This document shows, piece after piece, positions 1 through 8,857 of a DNA stretch of 64,000 nt (positions are counted from its first letter, which is position 1; the number at the start of each line of letters is the position of its first letter). Source of the DNA: a virus; IMG/VR virus record IMGVR_UViG_3300023180_000050, positions 2,655 to 66,654 of that record. The stretch is one strand, 5' to 3'. The notes below the pieces were generated by a model, which worked only from the letters and a program-made list of their open reading frames with translations, was not told where the DNA came from and ran no database searches. Both the position numbers and the translations under genes were made by a program.

Positions 1-1
1 A

Positions 2-1045
2 ATTCGCAACTTCTTTGCAGAAAAGGGAATTCCAGGTTATCTTTACGAGACTGAATGGCATTATCCTGGCTATAACAGAGATCATGCTTTGCAGGAATGT
101 TTAAAAGCCGATCACGGGTGCGATTGGATTCTAAGGATGGATGCTGATGAGCAACTTGTTGTTGATGATGATTTTGATTGGGAGGTATTAAACGATACTT
201 CAATCCAGAGCTTTAATATTACTGCCCAAGACCCAGGTGGGATTTATTTTAGGACTTGGTTGTGGAATGCTAAACTTGACTGGTATTTTAGACACGATAA
301 AAGACATGAGATAATCTTTTTGCCAGGTGCTGGTGAAAATGAGGATCAGTTCCAGATCGTAAATCTTCCTAGAGGTTTTAGACACATCATTACAAATGAT
401 GGACAAACCTGGGATGCTTCGTTTAAGTTCTTAAAGGATGCTTTAGAACTTGAAGCTGATCAGGTTTGTACTGGAAAAATATTAGAGGATGACTACCATT
501 TATTTTACATTGGTAAAAGTTATTCCGACACCTACGAGGATCATAGATTTCCCTTTGGTAAAAATCACGGAGATGAATATGCTCGAAGAACTATATACTA
601 CCTAGAGCATTACGCTACTCGAAGGTTCCCTAGCTATGCTGATAGCTCTGATCCTGGTCATTGGGACGAGATGACTTATTATGCTATAGTACTCATAGCA
701 AAAGCTCATCGATTTATTGGTAATCGGGAAATTGCATACCAAAAATTGGATGAGGCAGATTGGTATTGCCCATTTAGAAACGAGCATTTGGTTGTAAAAG
801 CTGAAATGCTTAATGAGGATGAAAGAAACCAAGAGATGTATGATATAACATCAAGACTTATGGGGGATGACAGACTTTGTCCTTTCCCCGATTGGCATTT
901 TTTACTTTGGACTGGTTGCTACAAGGATACCGGGGACTATGTTCAGTTTTTACACAATATTGCTATGGAAAAGCTTGGACTAATAGATAAAAAAACTGAG
1001 GAAAATGATGTATCTAACTTTGCATCGTTTCCTGGAGAAATCTAA
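2..1045 (+). CDS. Glycosyltransferase (GT2-like, GT-A fold) with helical/TPR-like C-terminus; 5'-truncated by window edge
   Basis: Frame is open from base 2 (IRNFFAEKGIPGYLYETEWHYPGYNRDHALQEC). Contains WILRMDADE (DxD), RHE and FYIGKSY motifs typical of GT2+TPR proteins. Confidence 0.75.
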   Translation: MRNFFAEKGIPGYLYETEWHYPGYNRDHALQECLKADHGCDWILRMDADEQLVVDDDFDWEVLNDTSIQSFNITAQDPGGIYFRTWLWNAKLDWYFRHDKRHEIIFLPGAGENEDQFQIVNLPRGFRHIITNDGQTWDASFKFLKDALELEADQVCTGKILEDDYHLFYIGKSYSDTYEDHRFPFGKNHGDEYARRTIYYLEHYATRRFPSYADSSDPGHWDEMTYYAIVLIAKAHRFIGNREIAYQKLDEADWYCPFRNEHLVVKAEMLNEDERNQEMYDITSRLMGDDRLCPFPDWHFLLWTGCYKDTGDYVQFLHNIAMEKLGLIDKKTEENDVSNFASFPGEI

Positions 1046-1055
1046 TAAAAGAAAA

Positions 1056-1328
1056 ATGGAAAACAATTTAAAAATTACACCTGAAGAGTTAGAAAAAATT
1101 AACTCCTTGAGAAGAGAGATAGCTACTAACGTTGAAAACATCGGACGGTTCAATATCAAGAAGCACTTTCTGGTGAAGGATCTTGAGTCTGTTGATCTTG
1201 AGATTTTTAATCTTTATCAAAAATCTGAAGATCTTGATAAACAGGAGAAAGATATAATTGACCAGATTGTTGGAAAATACGGCGAAGGACAGCTTAATTT
1301 CGAAACGGGAGAGTACACTGTAGAATGA
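1056..1328 (+). CDS. Hypothetical protein (small, coiled-coil)
   Basis: ATG at 1056 after an A-rich leader; ends GEGQLNFETGEY; tightly packed between glycosyltransferase genes. Confidence 0.6.
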   Translation: MENNLKITPEELEKINSLRREIATNVENIGRFNIKKHFLVKDLESVDLEIFNLYQKSEDLDKQEKDIIDQIVGKYGEGQLNFETGEYTVE

Positions 1329-2386
1329 TGAAAGAAATCGAGGCACTCCGAAAAACTAAATATGAATTAATTAGAACTATTAATTCAATCCAAGAAACCC
1401 TTGACGAGAAGACTGGGGGTAAGCCTCGTATTCTTTTTGTTGCTCCCCATTTATCTACTGGTGGAATGCCTCAGTACCTCTATAAAAAGATAGAAGCATT
1501 TAATAATGATGCTGAAGTATATTGTATACAGTACAATAATACGTCCGAGGAGTATGTAGTACAAAGGGATCGAATTAAGGAAAAGATAGGTTCAAAGTTC
1601 TATTGCTTGGGAAGTAATAAATGGCAGATTATCGATTTAATCGAAGAGATTTGCCCTGATGTGATACATTTTGATGATTTTGTTGAATTTTTTATTGACG
1701 GTGAAATCATTGAAAAAATCTACGATCCTAAAAGACCTTATTTCATTGCTGAAACCTGTCACAGTTCAAACATATCAACAAGGGATAAGGTTTATTGCCC
1801 AGATAAGTTAATCATGGTTAATGAATGGATGTGTGATAAGTTTGAGGACTTAGGAATTCCTTTGGATATTTTAGAATATCCGATAGAAGATCATAAAAGA
1901 CCAGAGAGGGATAAGTCGTTGATCTCTTTGGGACTTGATCCTACTAAAAAACATATCATCAATATAGGTCTTTTTACCCCTGGTAAAAACCAAGGGGAAT
2001 TAATGGAATATGCTAGAGCTCTACTTAATTATCCTGTACAATTCCATTTCATAGGAAACACTGCTCCTAATTTCCAACATTATTGGCAACCTCTGTTGGA
2101 GAATTTACCAGAGAATTGTAAAATCTGGGGAGAGAGGGATGATACCGACGATTTTTATAAAGCTGCGGACCTTTTCGTCTTTACTTCAAATTGGGAGCTT
2201 AATCCAATCGTTATTAAAGAAACATTATCCTGGAAGCTTCCTATTCTAATGAGAAGACTTGAACCGTACAAGGATACCTATGACCAAAATCCTCTTGTAA
2301 GCTATTTAACACCAAGTGGAGTTTTCGAGGATCGTGATGCTAATATTTTAAAAATTAAAGAAATACTTGAGTTAGATGAAAAATAG
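1325..2386 (+). CDS. Glycosyltransferase family 4 (GT-B)
   Basis: PHLSTGGMPQY N-terminal motif, IGLFTPGKNQ, FYKAADLFVFTSNWELNPIVIKE (ExxxxxxxE). Confidence 0.85.
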   Translation: MMKEIEALRKTKYELIRTINSIQETLDEKTGGKPRILFVAPHLSTGGMPQYLYKKIEAFNNDAEVYCIQYNNTSEEYVVQRDRIKEKIGSKFYCLGSNKWQIIDLIEEICPDVIHFDDFVEFFIDGEIIEKIYDPKRPYFIAETCHSSNISTRDKVYCPDKLIMVNEWMCDKFEDLGIPLDILEYPIEDHKRPERDKSLISLGLDPTKKHIINIGLFTPGKNQGELMEYARALLNYPVQFHFIGNTAPNFQHYWQPLLENLPENCKIWGERDDTDDFYKAADLFVFTSNWELNPIVIKETLSWKLPILMRRLEPYKDTYDQNPLVSYLTPSGVFEDRDANILKIKEILELDEK

Positions 2387-3557
2387 GGGTATCAAGGTTT
2401 ATGAGAATATGGTTAAGTCTAAGTCGGTTAGGTTTAGACATCCATATACTTTTGATTTTTATTTCGATTACGGACCAAAGGCTGATTGTATAGGACCAAG
2501 TAATACAAAACCGTGTACCATAAAGTTTAAGGATCTGGACAAGAACTCTTATGCCTACACCGGTGAGACTTCTTCCGGATTGTTCACCCAACTTTTTAGA
2601 AAATGGTACACCAATTGGAAGTTTGAAGCATATGACGGTGAGGAGTTGATCCAAGAGGGTACTTTGGGTGATATGATGACTGGCGGGAAGGTTGGAATAT
2701 CGATCGATAGTAGCTCCTTAGGTGATACCCTCGCATGGATGCCTGTAATAGAAAAATTTAGGGTAAAATATAACTGTGACCTATATGTGACAAGTTTTTG
2801 GAACGAGCTTCTTTCACTATATTATCCTAATATAAGATTCTTCCAACCTGGATATCGTGAGCCTAAATCCGTAGCAATATTTGGTGTTGGATGGTATGAA
2901 GAGACTGATCGGGATAGACATAAAAGAGATCCTAGATCTATTTCTTTACAAGAGGTTGCTGGGGATATACTAGGAATAGAGATGGATGGGGATATTCTAA
3001 ACGAGACTGTTCCTGATTTAATAGCTAATTCCAAACCAACCATAGATGGTAAATATGTCTGTATCGCTATGGATTCAACAGCTAATGCCAAACATTGGCA
3101 CTATCCTGGTGGATGGCAGGAAATCGTCGATTACTTAAACCATATTGGATATAAAGTGGTTGTAGTCCAAAAGCAACCTTCTGGTCTTGAGAATGTCATA
3201 AATAAAACTGGTGACATCGATATCATCCAAAGGGCTATTGACATTTACCATGCTGATTTCTTTGTTGGGATTGGAAGCGGATTGAGCTGGTTGGCTTGGT
3301 CCTTGCATAAACCCGTGGTAATGATATCTGGATTTTCCGATCCTAAGTGTGAGTTCCAAACTAAAAACTATAGAGTTATAGAAAGGGATGTTTGTCATGG
3401 TTGTTTTAGTGATCCTTCGATCAAGTTTGATAAAGGGGACTGGAATTGGTGTCCTAGGCTAAAGGATACAGATCGGATGTTTGAGTGTACCAAATCTATT
3501 ACACCATCCACGGTGGTAGATCACATACAGAATCTTATTAAGGACAACCTTTCCTAA
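2376..3557 (+). CDS. ADP-heptose-dependent protein O-heptosyltransferase, TibC/AAH (BAHT)-like, GT9-related
   Basis: SSLGDTLAWMP, FVGIGSGLSWLAW, PVVMISGFS and a C-terminal Cys cluster CHGC..WCP..FECTKSI matching the iron-binding motif of autotransporter heptosyltransferases. Confidence 0.8.
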   Translation: MKNRGIKVYENMVKSKSVRFRHPYTFDFYFDYGPKADCIGPSNTKPCTIKFKDLDKNSYAYTGETSSGLFTQLFRKWYTNWKFEAYDGEELIQEGTLGDMMTGGKVGISIDSSSLGDTLAWMPVIEKFRVKYNCDLYVTSFWNELLSLYYPNIRFFQPGYREPKSVAIFGVGWYEETDRDRHKRDPRSISLQEVAGDILGIEMDGDILNETVPDLIANSKPTIDGKYVCIAMDSTANAKHWHYPGGWQEIVDYLNHIGYKVVVVQKQPSGLENVINKTGDIDIIQRAIDIYHADFFVGIGSGLSWLAWSLHKPVVMISGFSDPKCEFQTKNYRVIERDVCHGCFSDPSIKFDKGDWNWCPRLKDTDRMFECTKSITPSTVVDHIQNLIKDNLS

Positions 3558-3573
3558 CCTCTTTTATTCTACA

Positions 3574-3581
3574 GATATATA
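3574..3581 (+). promoter_or_regulatory. Putative late promoter (GATATATA)
   Basis: Recurring octamer upstream of virion genes; here ~45 nt before the neck gene. Confidence 0.7.
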
Positions 3582-3625
3582 AAAGGAAGCTAGTAGAAGC
3601 TTCGCTGAATAATATCTTGTAGATA

Positions 3626-6178
3626 ATGGCTTTTTACCCAGAAAATAGATTTCCAAAAAAAGGTTCTCCGGTTTACGACGGTAACGGGGATCAAAGGAAC
3701 CTTTCGGATCCACGATTCAGATATCAAGATGAATTGGAAAATACCACAAAGGTTTTCCATCAAAGTACGGATAACTATTTTGGAACTACTGGTGCTGCAA
3801 TGGCCAGGGCTGAACAATTAGGTTGTAATGGGTATCACACTGCACTTGCTGATGATGGAGTTTATTACTATCTTCCATGTTCTGATGCTACTTGGTATGC
3901 TGAAAGAATGGAGCAGTTTGAAAGTGCCCTTAATTTTACCTACATTGGAAATTATAGGGTTCTTACTTGGGATTCCCCGTTTAAATACGTTCAATCGTTT
4001 AACGGGTGGCTGATAGAAACAGCTGGAGCGGTTCTTAACGACCCTGTTAAGCTAGGAGATCCTTCTGCTGCAACACCAAATGATATTGCTATCGATTTTA
4101 GATATTCCGTAGATGGGCAGAGCTGGTCTCTATGGGCAAATGTTGGTACAGCATTAACTGGATTTTCACAAGGGTACACATCTAATAACGATTCAACTAT
4201 ATTTTCTATACCCCTAGATCCAGCTAAACCCTTTTATCCTGAGTTTAGATTTACCTCTGTAGTTGTTAACCCTGATGGAAGTTTAGCATATGAAAGCCAA
4301 GAACCTATAGATCCTTCCGTAGTAATTCTGGACTTTCAGCTCGAATTAACATACGCTACTGGTCCTAGTGGTCCTTCTGGTGCTATTGATACCTTGGTGA
4401 TAAACAGACCAGTTCCTAACTGCTCAAATGAAAAATCAAATAGACCTGTAGTTTTTGATGACTGTAACTACACTTTTGATCCTTACGCTATCAATAAAGC
4501 TGTTAACCTTTATAAGGATTTAAGTTTAGTAGTCAATAAGGTATTTGGTTTTGAAACCAACTATTATTCTGTGCAGCCACAAGCCAGAGGTAAAGACGTT
4601 GTATTGAAAGAGTACACCTTATTCGATGTTGTCGATGAGCAATGTGTAAAGGTAATGGTACCTTCGAACCAATTCCCAGATAACCGGGTTAATTACGATC
4701 CTTTTGGGATTCAATTTGACGAGCCTTTCGAGATACACATAGACAAAACTTATTTTGAGAGTATTTTTGGTAGGGGATCACAGCCAAGAAAAAGGGACAT
4801 CATTTATTTCCCTCTAACAAACAGGATATATGAGATCAATTCGACGTATCTGTTTAGGGACTTCATGTATTCCCCTGTTTACTATAAAATAGAACTGAAG
4901 AAATACAGTCAGAAATCGAATACTTATTTCAAGGACCCTGCTTACAAGGAAGAATTAGACGGGATAGCACTAACTACCGAGAAGCTATTTGGTGCTGAGG
5001 TTGAAGCAGAGGAGCAAAAAATCTCTAAACCTAAGCAGTATAACGATAGTACACAAAGGAGACAAGAGGATCCAACTAGATCTTACATCTATGAAAAACT
5101 TCCTATTGTAGGGTATGACCTGAACAATAACTGGACAATAGTATTCAACAATTACTATGATATGTCCGATGCATTTGTTACCGACTCTGAGTTTGTATAT
5201 CAGCCAAATAAATACAGGGAAGCTTTGAGATATAAGAGCAGTCCGTATTTAGCGGAAGAGGGTGAACTTTCATATACATGTTGGTTTAGTTTGAAAAACT
5301 ATGTGAATGAAAACAGCTTAGCTAAAAAACCCTTTTCACCTGCACCAATAGTTAAGGTGTCTGAGGATGCTAACCAAATAGTTTATAATTCTCACCCGTA
5401 TAAGCATAACTTATCCCCGTTCAGAAATTTCTCTGACAACCCTGAGGGATATGTAGCAATAAGTACCGATGCCAATCATTCGGGTGGATTCAAGGTACTT
5501 ACAACCCCTGATGAATATAGATTCTCGGTTGCTAACCCAAACCTTCCATATGCAAAAAATACTGCGAATTGGAGGATGCAAAAGGCTCAGGCAAGGAATT
5601 TGATCGATGGAACCTATTTTGATATTAACAGCGAGTTAAAGGGATTAAGGATAGACCTGGTTCATTCTGGTTCAAACGATCCTGCAAACAATAACTATGT
5701 TCAGCAGGGTAGTGTTGAGATAATCTTAAACGATCTCACCTACGATTCTAGATTACAGTTTGTCCCTGAACAGGGTGAATGGTATGGACTTGTTGTGAAT
5801 GTGAGTAACAAATACAGACAAATGGGAGTTAACATTTGGAAGATGTCTTATGATCCAACAAACCCTTCTCAGCAAAGCTCAGATCTCATAAAAGTTCACG
5901 AAGATTATAGAACACTAACGAAAGCTTACACTTTTGATGCACCGAGGGATATGGAGACTAATGTTAATAATCCTTTCTATGGTACTAACAATAACTCCTA
6001 TAAAATCTATACCTCTCCATTACTTCTTTCCAATGTTAGATTATTTAAGAACATGATAGATATTGATAAGCAATCTATTGTTTTAAACCAGAATACTGTT
6101 AGGGACGAACAACTTGCTTATATTATAGATAACGCTAAACCTCAATTAATATTGCCTAAATTCGCAAGAAATAGGTAG
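3626..6178 (+). CDS. gp14: Neck/head-completion protein, T4 gp14-like core with extra N- and C-terminal domains
   Basis: Central FGIQFDEPFEIHI...PRKRDIIYFPLTNRIYEI resembles gp14; sits immediately before the terminase genes. Confidence 0.6.
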   Translation: MAFYPENRFPKKGSPVYDGNGDQRNLSDPRFRYQDELENTTKVFHQSTDNYFGTTGAAMARAEQLGCNGYHTALADDGVYYYLPCSDATWYAERMEQFESALNFTYIGNYRVLTWDSPFKYVQSFNGWLIETAGAVLNDPVKLGDPSAATPNDIAIDFRYSVDGQSWSLWANVGTALTGFSQGYTSNNDSTIFSIPLDPAKPFYPEFRFTSVVVNPDGSLAYESQEPIDPSVVILDFQLELTYATGPSGPSGAIDTLVINRPVPNCSNEKSNRPVVFDDCNYTFDPYAINKAVNLYKDLSLVVNKVFGFETNYYSVQPQARGKDVVLKEYTLFDVVDEQCVKVMVPSNQFPDNRVNYDPFGIQFDEPFEIHIDKTYFESIFGRGSQPRKRDIIYFPLTNRIYEINSTYLFRDFMYSPVYYKIELKKYSQKSNTYFKDPAYKEELDGIALTTEKLFGAEVEAEEQKISKPKQYNDSTQRRQEDPTRSYIYEKLPIVGYDLNNNWTIVFNNYYDMSDAFVTDSEFVYQPNKYREALRYKSSPYLAEEGELSYTCWFSLKNYVNENSLAKKPFSPAPIVKVSEDANQIVYNSHPYKHNLSPFRNFSDNPEGYVAISTDANHSGGFKVLTTPDEYRFSVANPNLPYAKNTANWRMQKAQARNLIDGTYFDINSELKGLRIDLVHSGSNDPANNNYVQQGSVEIILNDLTYDSRLQFVPEQGEWYGLVVNVSNKYRQMGVNIWKMSYDPTNPSQQSSDLIKVHEDYRTLTKAYTFDAPRDMETNVNNPFYGTNNNSYKIYTSPLLLSNVRLFKNMIDIDKQSIVLNQNTVRDEQLAYIIDNAKPQLILPKFARNR

Positions 6179-6191
6179 ATAAAAATCATTT

Positions 6192-6965
6192 ATGCCTAGA
6201 AGAAAACCAAAACCGGAAAGGGTTGTCGAGGAAAAGATAAAGGAAAGCCTTGATTCAATTCTACAGGACGAGAACCTAGATTTTGATGCTGTTCAGCCGG
6301 ACGAGCTTCCGAGGCTGAAAACTACCGAATTGATGAACTTTACAGAAGCAACCCAAACTACCGGGTCTGATGCTAAAGGTGTTCTTGATTCTATAGTTAA
6401 GTTTTATCTGGATGAGAATTTCATTGATCAAACAGATTATATCGAGTATAAGAAAAAGATAGACTCGATGAACCTTGCATCTATGATGCTTCAACTTAAG
6501 ACGGCTCAGCATGCTATCACAAAACTCCTGGAAGAAATCGACCTAGGTAATGCTAATCCAAGAATGTTTGAGGTATTAGCTCAGCTTCAGTCTCAAATTA
6601 TGCAAATGCCTAAGGACTATCAGACCTATGTCCAAAAGATGGAGGATGGTTATAAAGCCCTTGGTACACAGCTAGAGGATAAGAGTAATGCAGGATCGTT
6701 TCAACTAGAACCTGGTGAGGATGGAAAGAATGTTTACAATCCCTCATCAACAGAAACTGGAGGAATCAAGGTAAGGGGTACAAAAGGTCTTATGGAAGGA
6801 CTAAGAGATATCATTGGTGCTGAAATAGAGGACGTAAGGGTTGAAGACGTTGATGACAATGCTGTAGTTAATGCTAAGAAGAAAGCTGAAATAGACGCTA
6901 GCAGGAATATCTCTCTCGATGACGAAGATGCTGACTTAGAAGTCGAGGACGATTTATTTGATTAA
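6192..6965 (+). CDS. gp16: Terminase small subunit (gp16-like)
   Basis: NPRMFEVLAQL resembles the gp16 PRxxEV motif; directly upstream of the large terminase. Confidence 0.6.
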   Translation: MPRRKPKPERVVEEKIKESLDSILQDENLDFDAVQPDELPRLKTTELMNFTEATQTTGSDAKGVLDSIVKFYLDENFIDQTDYIEYKKKIDSMNLASMMLQLKTAQHAITKLLEEIDLGNANPRMFEVLAQLQSQIMQMPKDYQTYVQKMEDGYKALGTQLEDKSNAGSFQLEPGEDGKNVYNPSSTETGGIKVRGTKGLMEGLRDIIGAEIEDVRVEDVDDNAVVNAKKKAEIDASRNISLDDEDADLEVEDDLFD

Positions 6966-6966
6966 T

Positions 6967-8754
6967 ATGGAAGAAAAGGAATCAAATTATTGGAGTACCA
7001 AAAAAATAGACGAGCTTCTTTTTAAGGTAGAGGAGGAAGGACTTGATTACAAATCTGTAGATAATCCTTTCCATGACGGAGATCCTGAATTGAAAAGAGC
7101 AAACCTACTTTACGAATATACCCAGGATGAAATCCTAGAGATGGAAAGGTGCGCTAAGGATGTGGTATACTTTTCCCAATATTGTAGGGTAATGACCGAT
7201 GATGGTTTATTTTATGTAAAGTTAAGGGATTATCAAGAATCGGTATTAAGAGAATACCAGGCTAGTAGATTTAATATTTTCCTGGCACCTAGACAGGTTG
7301 GTAAATCTATTACTTCAGCTATTGTCTTAGTGTGGTATCTTCTTTTTAACCATGATAAAAATGCAATGATTCTAGCTAACGTTGGATCTACTGCAGAGGA
7401 GCTAATGGATAAGATCAAGGCTATAGTTCGGGGTCTTCCTTGGTTTTTAAAACCAGGAATGGTTGTAAACAATGTAATGTCTATGAAGTTTGACAACGGG
7501 TGTAGAGCAATTGCAAAAACCACTACAAAAACATCCGCAATTGGATTTACTATTCACTTCCTTTATATGGATGAGTTTGCACACATTCATCCGAACTTTA
7601 TTGAGTCTTTCTTTAGATCTACTTATCCTACTGTTTCTTCCTCTAAGGTCTCTAGAATTATTATCACATCCACACCAAATGGAATGAATAAATTCTATGA
7701 GATATACAGGGATGCAGTAAATGGCGATAACAGCTTCAACCCCATTAGGGTTGATTGGTGGCAAGTTCCTGGTAGGGATGAAGAATGGAAGAAAAAGGAA
7801 ATTTCGAACTTAGGATCCCAGGAATTGTTCAATCAGGAATACGGAAATCAATTTTTAAGCTCTTCCACTCTTTTGTTAGGATCTAATGAGCTTAAAAAAA
7901 TAAAAGCCAATGAGGTAGAATATGAGTGGAGAGAAATTGATATAATGGAAGATCTTGGTTTACCCTATGACAACTTTAGGTGGCATCCAAAATTCCAGCT
8001 GAATGATGATACCTTACAAAGAAATAGGTTTGTACTTTCTGTAGATCTTGCCGGTGGTGGAAAAGGTGATTTCACTGTACTTAATATTTTCAAAGTAGTT
8101 CCGTTGCCAAAAAAAGTCATAGAAGTTATGGACGATTTCCAGGATGAATCTGATTTCTTCGGCCTTTTGCAGGTTGGTATTTATAGGGACAATGAAATAG
8201 AAGTTGAGGATTTCAAAAAGATTCTGGAATCTGTAGTAGTAAAGTTGTTTAACCCGGAGAACGTAAGGGTTTTATTGGAAATAAACTTTAAGGGAGAGCT
8301 GCTGATTGATAAACTAACAAGCAATGACGAATTTCCTATGGAAATCTTCGTACATACTAAACACACAGAATCCGCAAGGATGAGAAAACCTGGTATTAAG
8401 TATAACGAGAAGAATAAGATGAAATATTGTGAGATTCTTAGATCTCAGATGAGACTAAATAGGGTAATAGTAAACGAGTCTTCTTGGACTATACCTGAAT
8501 TATTTTCTTTTGGTCTTAATGGTAGGGGAACTTATTCTAGTCAATCGGGTCATGATGACGTGGCTATGAGTATAGTTAATTTATCTGGGATGTTTGAGTC
8601 TTCTGATTTTTATGAGCTTGTTGGTGAATTGTATGATGATCTTGGTGAATCCGCTTATAGAGATTTGATTGATATTAAGCTAGAAGAAATGAGCGGGGAA
8701 GGCGATGTCACAAAAGAGGGAGGATTCTATAGTTCTTTCAGCCAATTGCTCTAA
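6967..8754 (+). CDS. gp17: Terminase large subunit
   Basis: LRDYQ, PRQVGKS (Walker A), LYMDEFA (Walker B), ITSTPNG, nuclease SVDLAGG..DF and HDDVAM. ATG at 6967 preferred over TTG at 6958. Confidence 0.95.
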   Translation: MEEKESNYWSTKKIDELLFKVEEEGLDYKSVDNPFHDGDPELKRANLLYEYTQDEILEMERCAKDVVYFSQYCRVMTDDGLFYVKLRDYQESVLREYQASRFNIFLAPRQVGKSITSAIVLVWYLLFNHDKNAMILANVGSTAEELMDKIKAIVRGLPWFLKPGMVVNNVMSMKFDNGCRAIAKTTTKTSAIGFTIHFLYMDEFAHIHPNFIESFFRSTYPTVSSSKVSRIIITSTPNGMNKFYEIYRDAVNGDNSFNPIRVDWWQVPGRDEEWKKKEISNLGSQELFNQEYGNQFLSSSTLLLGSNELKKIKANEVEYEWREIDIMEDLGLPYDNFRWHPKFQLNDDTLQRNRFVLSVDLAGGGKGDFTVLNIFKVVPLPKKVIEVMDDFQDESDFFGLLQVGIYRDNEIEVEDFKKILESVVVKLFNPENVRVLLEINFKGELLIDKLTSNDEFPMEIFVHTKHTESARMRKPGIKYNEKNKMKYCEILRSQMRLNRVIVNESSWTIPELFSFGLNGRGTYSSQSGHDDVAMSIVNLSGMFESSDFYELVGELYDDLGESAYRDLIDIKLEEMSGEGDVTKEGGFYSSFSQLL

Positions 8755-8770
8755 TAAGTTTACAAGCCTT

Positions 8771-8830
8771 GATATATAGTATTACTATCCGAGGAGCATA
8801 CAAAAATGCTCGTTTCGGTTTAGATATATA
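8771..8830 (+). promoter_or_regulatory. Tandem late promoters (GATATATAGTA x2) flanking a hairpin
   Basis: GATATATA at 8771 and 8823, with an inverted repeat at 8789-8818 between them, upstream of the sheath gene. Confidence 0.65.
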
Positions 8831-8857
8831 GTAGGCAAAAATATCTCTTGTACAATA

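Noticed and set aside
6967-8754. Intein or intron in the terminase or other core genes
   Set aside because: Lengths are normal, motifs are contiguous, and no homing-endonuclease or splice-junction motifs were seen.
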